Assembly: GCA_045579195.1 (NCBI GenBank) | Contig: JAZNLR010000010.1 | Span: 1 to 47,475, forward strand | Source of the DNA: Clostridia bacterium | Lineage (GTDB): Bacteria > Bacillota > Clostridia > Christensenellales > CAMQZB01 | Direction: 5' to 3' | Length of the DNA: 47,475 nucleotides | Shown here: piece by piece, positions 27,013 to 35,541 of the stretch | Layout of the letters: every line of letters begins with the position of its first letter | Position numbering within the stretch: the stretch's first letter is position 1 | The notes under the pieces: model-generated | The model's database searches: none | Seen by the model: only the letters and a program-made list of their open reading frames with translations | Told to the model about the DNA's origin: nothing | Program-made: the position numbers and the translations under genes

Positions 27013-27711
27013 TCAAAGCTCGTCAATAACTGCCTCCACTTCGTTGACGGGACAGATGTTATATAAGTACTGCTTGTTGCGCTTATTGCTGTCGCAAAGA
27101 TAAATCTGTTTTTTCGAATGCTTGATCATCATCTTGCGAATGCGCGCTTCTTCCACGGAAGAATCGGTGATCATTCCATTTTCCATAAAACCACGGCTGG
27201 AGAAAAAGAGGATGTCCGCGTTGAAATTCGCGATGAACGCCTCCGCCTCACTTCCGACGAATGCGATAGAGTGAAGAAGCATCATGCCGCCCGTGCAGTA
27301 ATTTCGGATGCCGCGTTCAGCAAGGCGCATCGAGACCTTTGGGCTGTTTGTGATGACGACGAGGTCCTGGAAGCGAGAAAGGTGCGGGATGAGGTAAGAA
27401 ACGGTGGAAGACGCATCCATAAAGATAACGCTTCCATCCTCAATATAGCGCGCGGCACGCTCTGCAATGAGTGCTTTTGACTCATTGTTTTGATCCTCTC
27501 GCACAAGGAGCGGAATCTCGCATTCGGAAACGTTACGCAGCATCACGCCACCGTGCGTACGGCGAACTTTCCCTTGACGCTCAAGCTCACTGAGATCTCT
27601 TCTGATGGTAGGCTGGCTGACAAAGAGCATTTCCGCAAGCTTTGTCACGCTAATGCTCTTGTTCTTTTGCAGTATATCCAAAATCTCTTCCTGTCTTTCC
27701 AAATGAAACAT
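27013..27711 (-). CDS. DeoR/GlpR-family transcriptional regulator
   Basis: Start MFHLERQEEILDIL after GGGAG. The HTH region is VTKLAEMLFVSQPTIRRDLSELE, followed by a DeoR C-terminal sugar-phosphate sensor domain. Confidence 0.85.
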   Translation of the reverse strand: MFHLERQEEILDILQKNKSISVTKLAEMLFVSQPTIRRDLSELERQGKVRRTHGGVMLRNVSECEIPLLVREDQNNESKALIAERAARYIEDGSVIFMDASSTVSYLIPHLSRFQDLVVITNSPKVSMRLAERGIRNYCTGGMMLLHSIAFVGSEAEAFIANFNADILFFSSRGFMENGMITDSSVEEARIRKMMIKHSKKQIYLCDSNKRNKQYLYNICPVNEVEAVIDEL

Positions 27712-27863
27712 AGAAACTCCCTTCCAAACTTTCATTTTATTTCGTTTTCTTTCGCAGTGATTGAACTTTGAAGATTTTTTCTCAACATCACCGCCACTTG
27801 TTGACTTTTTCTTTCGTTTTCCGTATTATAACACATATAAAGCAAAAAGAAAAGAGGCTAGAA

Positions 27864-28874
27864 ATGAAATCTTCGACAAAATGTGCAAATCTGCACGCGG
27901 TTGGTGACTTGCGCTATGAATCCATCTCCCTTCCCGAATGCGCGGAAGATGAGGTTTTGCTCGCGGTCAAAAGCTGTGGCATTTGCGGAAGTGACGTTGG
28001 GCGCGTTTTCAAAAAGGGAACGTATCACTTTCCCACCGTCATTGGACACGAATTCTCGGGTGAAGTGATCTTTGACCCCAAAGGAGAGCTGACCGGAAAG
28101 GGTGTTGTCGTCTTCCCTTTGCTTCCCTGCTTTGTTTGCGAAAGCTGCAAGAACCAAAATTACGCAACCTGTTCGAATTACGATTATTACGGCTCCCGCC
28201 GCGACGGAGGCATGTCTGAATTCCTCGTCGTCAAGCGTTGGAACCTTCTCCTTCTTCCTGAAAACATCAGCTTTGATGTCGGAGCGATGTGCGAACCCAT
28301 CTCGGTTGCACGCCACGCGACCTTGAAGTTGAACGTCAAGGAAGGCGAAAATCTTCTCATCTCGGGCGCAGGCCCCATCGGCCTCGTTGCGGCGCAGTGG
28401 GCAAAGTCCTTCGGGGTTCAGAACGTCTTCTTCTTCGACATCGACGCGCGTAAGGTTGAGTTTGCAAAGTCGATGGGCTTCTTGGAATATACCGACGGAA
28501 CGCAAGTTGATTGCGTCATCGAGGGAACGGGCAATGAAAATGCGCTTGCGCGCTGTCTTTCCGCGCTCAAACCCTTCGGAAGGATCGTCCTGATGGGTAA
28601 CCCATCTGGCGACGTCCACCTCTCACAAAAAACGTACTGGCAGATTCTCCGCAAAGAGCTCACTTTGCTCGGAACGTGGAACTCGTCATACGCAGAACAT
28701 CAGAACGACTGGGAAGAGAGCTTGAAGGCGCTTTCCGAACACAAGCTGAACGTCGAACCCCTCATCACACACCGCTTCCCTCTTTCGGAATGCAACGAAG
28801 CGTTTGCAATGATGACGGACGGAAAAACGTTCTACAACAAAGTTATGCTCGTGATGAATCGCGAGGAGGAATGA
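27864..28874 (+). CDS. zinc-dependent alcohol/polyol(-phosphate) dehydrogenase (MDR family, galactitol-1-phosphate 5-dehydrogenase-like)
   Basis: Start MKSSTK. GICGSD zinc site, GHEFSGEV, a structural-Zn Cys cluster CFVCESCKNQNYATC, and the GAGPIGL Rossmann motif. Confidence 0.8.
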   Translation: MKSSTKCANLHAVGDLRYESISLPECAEDEVLLAVKSCGICGSDVGRVFKKGTYHFPTVIGHEFSGEVIFDPKGELTGKGVVVFPLLPCFVCESCKNQNYATCSNYDYYGSRRDGGMSEFLVVKRWNLLLLPENISFDVGAMCEPISVARHATLKLNVKEGENLLISGAGPIGLVAAQWAKSFGVQNVFFFDIDARKVEFAKSMGFLEYTDGTQVDCVIEGTGNENALARCLSALKPFGRIVLMGNPSGDVHLSQKTYWQILRKELTLLGTWNSSYAEHQNDWEESLKALSEHKLNVEPLITHRFPLSECNEAFAMMTDGKTFYNKVMLVMNREEE

Positions 28875-28875
28875 T

Positions 28876-29541
28876 ATGAAAAAACAGATTTCCCCGTCCG
28901 TTATGTGTGCGGACTTCTTCGCTTTGAAGGACTGCATCCAACAGTTTGAAGACAACAATATTGAATATATCCACGTGGATATCATGGACGGATCCTTCGT
29001 CCCCAACTTTACGCTCGGAACAGACTTTGTGAAGAAGCTCAAGGCAAACACCTCCATCCCCCTTGACATCCACCTGATGATCGACGACCCCGAGCAGAAG
29101 TTGGAGTGGTTCGCTTTCGGCCCGAATGATTATGTTTCCGTGCATTACGAATCCACCCCGCACCTCCACAAGGCGATCGCGGCGATCAAGGCGCGCGGTG
29201 CAAAGGCGATGGTTGCCATCAATCCCGCAACCCCCATCTCGGTCTTGGAAGACATCCTTGATGAGATCGACGCCGTTCTCGTCATGACCGTAAATCCCGG
29301 CTTTGCAGGGCAAAAGCTCGTCGAACCCACACTCAAGAAGATCCGCAAGCTTCGTGACTTCTTGGATGCCAACGGATATGAGCACATTGAGATCGAAGCG
29401 GACGGAAACGTCAGCTTTGAAAATGCAAAGCGTATGAGTGAGGCAGGCGCAAACATCTTTGTTGCGGGAACGTCCAGCATCTTCAACCCCAACTTCTCCC
29501 TCTCCGAAGGAATTGAAAAGCTTCACAAGGTCATTGACTGA
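28876..29541 (+). CDS. ribulose-phosphate 3-epimerase family protein (allulose-6-phosphate 3-epimerase-like)
   Basis: Motifs SPSVMCAD, HVDIMDGSFVPN, DIHLM, MTVNPGFAGQ and ADGNV. Confidence 0.85.
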   Translation: MKKQISPSVMCADFFALKDCIQQFEDNNIEYIHVDIMDGSFVPNFTLGTDFVKKLKANTSIPLDIHLMIDDPEQKLEWFAFGPNDYVSVHYESTPHLHKAIAAIKARGAKAMVAINPATPISVLEDILDEIDAVLVMTVNPGFAGQKLVEPTLKKIRKLRDFLDANGYEHIEIEADGNVSFENAKRMSEAGANIFVAGTSSIFNPNFSLSEGIEKLHKVID

Positions 29542-29550
29542 TTCAAACAA

Positions 29551-29585
29551 AAAAGCGGTCTTAAAAAAAGACCGCTTTTCTTTTT
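29551..29585. terminator. bidirectional terminator between the epimerase and GH42 genes
   Basis: AAAAGCGGTCTT aaaaa AAGACCGCTTTT followed by a T-run. Confidence 0.85.
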
Positions 29586-29596
29586 ACACTTTTTTA

Positions 29597-31627
29597 TCAA
29601 AGTTTTTCATAGATGCGAACGCCAAACTTCTCTAAGCAGAGCGTTCCCTCTTCCACGCTGTCGGTTTCGAGGTTTCTCATCTTTCCGCCGAGGTCGACCT
29701 TCACTTCTGCATCGTTATAGTTTTCAACAAAGAGGTACACCTTTTCACCGTCCGTTCTCGTGTGCGCCGTGACGCCCTCGGGGGGATTGGGAATGTTACT
29801 TTCAAACTGAAGCTCTTTCAAAATCTGATCAAAGAGATGTTTTTTATACGCCCCCGTGTCGCGCGCGGCAACGTAAAACGCCGTCCCCTTACCAAAGCGA
29901 TTCTTGACAACGGCAGGCTCCCCTGCGAAGAAATCGGAAGCATATCTCGCGACGACTTCCGCTCCGGGAAGTGCGTGGATGTGCTCGCAGAAATCAACGA
30001 CTTCGAACTGTTTTCCGTCCGCTTCGATAAAGTTTTTCTCCTCGGGATAGAGGGAATCAATCTCCTCGTTCCAAACGCCGAAGACTTCCTTCAAGCCCTC
30101 CGCAGGAAGCCCGTGGAGATAGAAAAGGTCATTCTGATCAACGTACCCGGAGAGATATCCCGAAACAAGTGTTCCACCGTCCTTGACAAAGGAAATGAGG
30201 CTTTCAACCACCTCTTTTCTCATTGCGTACAGCATCGGCGCAACCACCAGATCGTACTTCGATAAATCCGCACGCGCGCTTACAATGTCAACATCGATTG
30301 CCCGCTTCCAGAATTCTGCATAGAAGGAAAGAACTGTCGCGTAGTACTTCTTGCCAAAGCGCGTGAATCCATCGCTTCCCTCAATTGCCCATTCAACCTC
30401 GGTATCGTAAATGACGGCCGCGCGAACCTTCGTTTTCGTTCCGAGAACCTCTTCGATCTTCTGCAAAGTCGCGCCAACTTCGGCAACCTCGCGGAAGGTT
30501 CTCGTGTTTTCATTTCCGACGTGGTCAACCACCGCACCGTGCTGACTTTCGCGGTTGCCGCGGCTCTTTCGCCACTGGAAGTACTGCACGGCGTCACTTC
30601 CGTGAGCAACTGCCTGCATCGCGGCAAGCTTGTGCATCCCGGGCTTTTTAAGCTTCGGATATCCGTGCCAATTTGCAACGCTGGGCGTGCTTTCCATCAA
30701 GACCCACGGTTTATCCTTAAACGCGCGGAATAGATCCATCGTTGCCGCGTGTTCGATCGCATTATAGAAATGGCCGTCCTCACCGGGCTTGTGCCAATAA
30801 GGATAGCTGTCGAGGGAGATGAAGTCCACTTCCTCGGAAATGCGGAAGTAATCCACGTCCATAAAGTGCACCATATAGTTGGTGGTCACGGGAAGATCGG
30901 AGAACTTGCGAATCGCCTGCACCTCATTTTTGATGAAATCCGCCGTTTGATGCGTGACGAAACGTCTCCAATTGAGACGCACAGGATTGTTGTTTTCACC
31001 GTAATCAAGTGGCGGCTCGATCTGGTCAAAGCTGTCATATTGATGGCTCCAGAAGGTCATCCACCAATCGTGATTGAGCTTTTCGATGTCGTTGTCGTAC
31101 TCCTTTCTTAACCAATCGCGGAAAGCTTCCACGCAGAGGTCGCAAAAACAGGTCCCGCCGTACTCATTGGAAATATGCCAGCCGATGACCGCAGGATGCT
31201 TTCCATATCGCTCTGCGAGCTTTTCATTGATTGCAGCAACCTTTTTGCGGTAGTATGGCGAGGTATAACAATGGTTATGGCGGAAGCCAAAGTGATTGCG
31301 ATGCCCCGTATTGTTGACGCGCAAGACCTCGGGATGCTGATCAGCCATCCAATGCGGGCGCGCCGCGGAAGGCGTTGCAAGGAAAACTCGGCCGCCGTTT
31401 TCATAGATGCGATCCAAGATTTCGTCCAACCACTCGAAATTATAAACCCCATCCTGCGGCTCAAGCATCGCCCACGAAAAAATGCCGACTGACATCTCGT
31501 TGCAGTTCGCAAGCTTCATCAAGCGCATATCCTCATCCCAAATGCCGGGAACATTGATCCACTGTTCTGGGTTATAGTCACCGCCATGCAAAAAATGGCG
31601 AAAGTTTTCGTTGATAAACTCCTTCAT
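29597..31627 (-). CDS. beta-galactosidase, glycoside hydrolase family 42
   Basis: Start MKEFINENF after GGAGG. Motifs GGDYNPEQW, ISNEYGG (acid/base Glu) and LMESTPS (nucleophile Glu). 676 aa. Confidence 0.88.
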   Translation of the reverse strand: MKEFINENFRHFLHGGDYNPEQWINVPGIWDEDMRLMKLANCNEMSVGIFSWAMLEPQDGVYNFEWLDEILDRIYENGGRVFLATPSAARPHWMADQHPEVLRVNNTGHRNHFGFRHNHCYTSPYYRKKVAAINEKLAERYGKHPAVIGWHISNEYGGTCFCDLCVEAFRDWLRKEYDNDIEKLNHDWWMTFWSHQYDSFDQIEPPLDYGENNNPVRLNWRRFVTHQTADFIKNEVQAIRKFSDLPVTTNYMVHFMDVDYFRISEEVDFISLDSYPYWHKPGEDGHFYNAIEHAATMDLFRAFKDKPWVLMESTPSVANWHGYPKLKKPGMHKLAAMQAVAHGSDAVQYFQWRKSRGNRESQHGAVVDHVGNENTRTFREVAEVGATLQKIEEVLGTKTKVRAAVIYDTEVEWAIEGSDGFTRFGKKYYATVLSFYAEFWKRAIDVDIVSARADLSKYDLVVAPMLYAMRKEVVESLISFVKDGGTLVSGYLSGYVDQNDLFYLHGLPAEGLKEVFGVWNEEIDSLYPEEKNFIEADGKQFEVVDFCEHIHALPGAEVVARYASDFFAGEPAVVKNRFGKGTAFYVAARDTGAYKKHLFDQILKELQFESNIPNPPEGVTAHTRTDGEKVYLFVENYNDAEVKVDLGGKMRNLETDSVEEGTLCLEKFGVRIYEKL

Positions 31628-31668
31628 TCTAACCTCCATGCGAAACAGTTGTTTCGAAATATACGAGA

Positions 31669-31697
31669 ATTATAGCATATCCCCCACGGAACTTCAA
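31669..31697 (-). promoter_or_regulatory. sigma-A promoter of the GH42 gene
   Basis: Minus strand TTGAAG, 17-nt spacer, TGcTATAAT. Confidence 0.6.
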
Positions 31698-31884
31698 GCC
31701 TTCTTTCAAATTATTCTCACGAAAAAAAGAAAGAGCAAAGCACATTGCTGCACTCCACTCTTCCTTTTAGGGGGGGAAAAAAGCATATTTAGGGATTTGC
31801 GCTTCTTTTTAATTTTTGAGCGCTATCATTGATTTTCGGTTTTCTCTCCTCCAATGAAGTGAAAACCACGTCAAATCTTACAAT

Positions 31885-33156
31885 TTATTCTTTCTTTTTA
31901 ATGACCTCTTCCACAGCCGTTTCGTCCTCGTGCGGAATCACTTTCCACTCGATCTTCAGAATCAGACAAAGCAAGCTGAGCGGAATGGTCACAAGGTGGA
32001 ACCACGGAATCAGAAATGCGTAAACAAGCTGTTTTTTCCTGCTGCAGTACACATGCTTCTGTTCGCGAATGAGAACAACGATCCCTTCCAAAAAAGAGCT
32101 CAAGTACAGCGAGGCCGCACCCAGCAGCAATCCTTTCAGCCAGGAAAGAACGGGAAGCGCTCCGCCCGAAAAAAAGGTGATCGCCGCACTCGTCACTGGG
32201 TAGATCGCACCGACAAACAGCGTGAACAGCCCGTATGGAAACACATAAAAGAAAATGTCATAGCAGGAGAATTTTTGAATCCCCTTCTGTCGGAAGATCC
32301 CGAGAAGGAGCTTATGCCCTGCTTTGAAGAAAACGGCAAGTCTTCCCTTGATCCAGCGCATTCGCTGACGGCACGCGATCTTGAAGCTGACGGGTTGTTC
32401 ATCAAAGAAAACGGCGCTCTCACAGGCGACGATCTTATAGCCGCGCGCAACGAGGTCGATGCAAAGCTCCGTGTCTTCCGTGAGGCAATGATAATGCCAG
32501 CCTTCTTTGAGACACTCGCTTGCAAGCAAGAAGCCTGTTCCTGCAAAGTGCGTCGTCGTGGAAAGAAGGGTTCTCGGGCGGTGCATGCAAAGCATACTCT
32601 TGCACCAATGCACGCCGTACGCCGCGGAGATGCAGTTTGCGTCAAAGTTCTTCGCGCAACGATATCCATTGACAACACGCGCACCGGAGTCAAAAACGTT
32701 GTTCATCTCCTTGACAAAATTCGCGGTCACAACGTTGTCCGCATCAAAGAAGAAATATCCTTCAAAGCTCTCGATCCCGTAATCTCGGGCGATGTTTTCA
32801 AAGAGAAACTCAAGCGCCCAGCCCTTGCGCGCCTTGGTCGGGTCAAATCGCTCGTATACAACAGCGCCATGTTCCCGCGCGATTTCCGCCGTCCGATCGG
32901 TGCAGTTGTCTGCAACGACAAACACGGTCAGCAAATCCTTTGGATAGTCCTGCGCGGAGAGACTCTTGAGAAGATTGCCGATCACGCACTCTTCATTTCG
33001 CGCCGCAACGACAACAGCATATCGGTGGTTCTCCTTTGCCGACGCAAACTCCTTTGGCTTTGCAAAAAATCCAATGACGTAATAAATCCCTTTGAACGCA
33101 ACCAAAACGGAAAAGACGGTCAAGATCCAGGATGTTATCTCGTTTAGCAAATCCAT
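31885..33156 (-). CDS. membrane-embedded family 2 glycosyltransferase (processive, IcaA/cellulose-synthase-like)
   Basis: N-terminal TM segment, GT-A core VVVAARNEE...DADN...TED, and QRMRW (QxxRW) followed by C-terminal TM segments. Confidence 0.75.
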   Translation of the reverse strand: MDLLNEITSWILTVFSVLVAFKGIYYVIGFFAKPKEFASAKENHRYAVVVAARNEECVIGNLLKSLSAQDYPKDLLTVFVVADNCTDRTAEIAREHGAVVYERFDPTKARKGWALEFLFENIARDYGIESFEGYFFFDADNVVTANFVKEMNNVFDSGARVVNGYRCAKNFDANCISAAYGVHWCKSMLCMHRPRTLLSTTTHFAGTGFLLASECLKEGWHYHCLTEDTELCIDLVARGYKIVACESAVFFDEQPVSFKIACRQRMRWIKGRLAVFFKAGHKLLLGIFRQKGIQKFSCYDIFFYVFPYGLFTLFVGAIYPVTSAAITFFSGGALPVLSWLKGLLLGAASLYLSSFLEGIVVLIREQKHVYCSRKKQLVYAFLIPWFHLVTIPLSLLCLILKIEWKVIPHEDETAVEEVIKKKE

Positions 33157-33165
33157 TTTTCTGTT

Positions 33166-33951
33166 TTAATTCTTACTTTGTTCCATCAACTCAGCAATGC
33201 CGCTCAAGACATACTTCGGGCGGTACGGGAAGCTCTCAATGTCCTCAAGCGCGGTTACACCGGAAAGCACAAGAACGGTATCGAGGTTGGACTCGATGCC
33301 CGCGATGATGTCGGTGTCCATGCGGTCGCCGATGAACGCGATGTCCTCACTGTGGCAGCCGATCATCTTCAATCCGTGGCGCAGCATCACGGGGTTGGGC
33401 TTGCCAACGAAGTACGCCTTTTTCCCCGTCGCAATCTCGATCGGAGAAATGAGCGCACCGGTCGCGGGCATAATCCCCTTTTCGGTGACACCCACCGTGT
33501 CGGGATTTGCGCCAATAAGCTTTGCGCCCTTTCTCACGAGCTCAATTGCCTTTTCGATCTTCTCGAAACTATACGATCTCGTTTCGCCCAAAACGACGTA
33601 ATCCGGATTGACGTCGTTCATATAAATCTTTTTGTCGTACATCGCTTTGGTGAGCGCAGCTTCGCCAATGACGTACGCCGTGCAATCGGGCTTCTGAGAG
33701 TGCAAGAACTCTGCAGTTGCCATTGCGCTGGTGTAAAAGTGTGATGCGGAAACCTCCAAGCCCATGCGAGCGAGTTTCATCGAAAGCTCGTGCGGCGTGC
33801 GCTCCGGGCTGTTCGTCAGGAAAATAAATTTCTTATTGTTTTCAATCAGCCAATTGACGAAGTCCTTCACACCCGGCAAAATCATATTGCCGTGATAGAT
33901 GACGCCGTCCATATCGCAGATAAATCCTTTCTTCTTCAAAACTTCATGCAT
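33166..33951 (-). CDS. HAD-IIA family sugar-phosphate phosphatase (NagD-like), second copy
   Basis: Motifs FICDMDGVIY, LTNS, GKPNP and GDRMDTD. It lies 9 nt upstream of the GT2 gene. Confidence 0.8.
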   Translation of the reverse strand: MHEVLKKKGFICDMDGVIYHGNMILPGVKDFVNWLIENNKKFIFLTNSPERTPHELSMKLARMGLEVSASHFYTSAMATAEFLHSQKPDCTAYVIGEAALTKAMYDKKIYMNDVNPDYVVLGETRSYSFEKIEKAIELVRKGAKLIGANPDTVGVTEKGIMPATGALISPIEIATGKKAYFVGKPNPVMLRHGLKMIGCHSEDIAFIGDRMDTDIIAGIESNLDTVLVLSGVTALEDIESFPYRPKYVLSGIAELMEQSKN

Positions 33952-34077
33952 ATTTTTCTAAAACCTTCCTGTTTTAAGTTTCTTTTCTCTTCTTTCATAT
34001 CTCACGCTCATTATGATACATTTTCTTGAAATTGTCAACAAAAACGCCGATCCCTTGCGCCATCATTTCCCTCCCCA

Positions 34078-34106
34078 TTGACATTTTTATTCCTCCGTGC
34101 TAAAAT
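34078..34106 (+). promoter_or_regulatory. near-consensus sigma-A promoter abutting the SDR start codon
   Basis: TTGACA (34078-34083), 17-nt spacer, TGcTAAAAT (34101-34106). The ATG follows 6 nt later. Confidence 0.65.
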
Positions 34107-34112
34107 GAACGC

Positions 34113-34928
34113 ATGAAAAACGTTTTGATCACAGGTGCAAACGGTGGAATGGGAAAAGCAACTTGCGAGCTTCTCTCCGCTTTGGGATATCGCGTCTTTG
34201 GGCTGGATAAAAGTGCGCCGACGTCCTTTTCGGGCGAGCGCTTCTTTCAGGTTGACCTTGCTTCAGAAGATGCCCTCTTGTCCGTTTGCGACGAGCTGAA
34301 GCAAGAGGTTGACGAGCTGTTTGCCATCATTCATATGGCAGGGATTTATGATTTAAACTCCCTCATTGAGATGCGCGAAGAAGACGTGATGCGCATCTTT
34401 CAGGCAAACCTCTTTTCCGTTTATCGCGTCAATAGGATCCTCTTTCCCCTGCTTGCAAGCGGCTCCCGCATCGTCATCACAACGAGCGAACTTGCGCCTC
34501 TTGACCCGCTTCCCTTCACGGGAATATACGGAATCACGAAAAGTGCGCTCGAAAAGTACGCCTTTTCTCTCCGAATGGAGCTTGCGCTTCACAAGATCTC
34601 GGTCAGCATTCTCCGCCCCGGTGCTGTGAAAACAGGCCTCTTGGGGGATTCCACCGCGGCGCTGGACCGCTTTGTCGCAAGCACCGAGCTTTATCAATGC
34701 AATGCAGAGCGTTTCAAAAGAATCGTGGACAGCGTGGAAACAAAAAACGTTCCGCCGAAGAAGGTTGCACGCCTTGCTCTTCGCGCGCTGAAGCAAAGAC
34801 GCCCGAAATATGTTTACAATTTAAACAGGAACGCACTTCTTCGCATTCTCTCTTCCTTGCCCGACCGATTGCAGGTTTTCATCATTTCGAAGATCTTGCA
34901 AAAAAAGAAAGAAAAGCCTCCGCGTTGA
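34113..34928 (+). CDS. short-chain dehydrogenase/reductase (SDR)
   Basis: ITGANGGMGKA cofactor motif starting at residue 6. YGITKSALEKY (YxxxK) catalytic motif. Confidence 0.85.
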   Translation: MKNVLITGANGGMGKATCELLSALGYRVFGLDKSAPTSFSGERFFQVDLASEDALLSVCDELKQEVDELFAIIHMAGIYDLNSLIEMREEDVMRIFQANLFSVYRVNRILFPLLASGSRIVITTSELAPLDPLPFTGIYGITKSALEKYAFSLRMELALHKISVSILRPGAVKTGLLGDSTAALDRFVASTELYQCNAERFKRIVDSVETKNVPPKKVARLALRALKQRRPKYVYNLNRNALLRILSSLPDRLQVFIISKILQKKKEKPPR

Positions 34929-35055
34929 CAGAAAAACAGCTCTCTTTTTCGCATCTTCAATTTGTTTGGAAGTCAACACAATTTGCGGAAATTGTTTGAC
35001 ATTGCCTATCCCCCGTGATATAATAAAAGAAAAACTTTTTTGATGGAGAAACATA

Positions 35056-35445
35056 ATGAGAAAAGCTATTAAAATTATCAACATCATCACGATGATTGTT
35101 TGCGCACTTGTGATCTTTGGATCGTTCGTGAACTGCTGGGTTTCGTTCATTAAGACCAACGAAGAAATCCCTCTCTTTAAGTTCATTCCCACGCTCCTTC
35201 TCCTCATTCCTATTGTTGTTTGCAACTTGACAAATGAGAAGGTTGAATTTGCATTGTCCGCTCGTGAGTTCAAGGTTTTCTGGTTGATCACGTTGATCGG
35301 CGGAAACATCATTTCCGGTCTTTTGATGCTCTATCTTTACAAGGCAGAAACGAAGAATGACCAGCCTGCTGTTGCTGTTGAGGCTGTCGCTGAAGAAGTT
35401 CCCGTTGCAGAAGAAGTTGCTGAAGAAGTACCTGTCGAAGAATAA
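35056..35445 (+). CDS. small hypothetical membrane protein with acidic repeat tail
   Basis: 3-4 hydrophobic segments. C-terminal AVAVEAVAEEVPVAEEVAEEVPVEE. Confidence 0.5.
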   Translation: MRKAIKIINIITMIVCALVIFGSFVNCWVSFIKTNEEIPLFKFIPTLLLLIPIVVCNLTNEKVEFALSAREFKVFWLITLIGGNIISGLLMLYLYKAETKNDQPAVAVEAVAEEVPVAEEVAEEVPVEE

Positions 35446-35460
35446 AAGTTAAAACAACGA

Positions 35461-35491
35461 ATCCTTATGGCAAGCCATGAGGATTTTTTTT
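35461..35491 (+). terminator. intrinsic terminator after the small membrane protein gene
   Basis: ATCCTTATGG caag CCATGAGGAT followed by T8. Confidence 0.8.
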
Positions 35492-35494
35492 GCG

Positions 35495-35532
35495 CAAAAA
35501 AAAAGGATAACGGGGTTGCCGTTATCCTTTTT
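35495..35532 (-). terminator. intrinsic terminator after the GH43 gene
   Basis: GGATAACGG ggttg CCGTTATCC flanked by A10 and T5. Confidence 0.8.
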
Positions 35533-35541
35533 CCATTTTTC

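Noticed and set aside
35368-35442. Short tandem DNA repeats (gaagaagtt...) that could be mistaken for a repeat array.
   Set aside because: They are in frame inside a CDS and encode an acidic peptide repeat. They lack the spacer-repeat periodicity of a CRISPR array.
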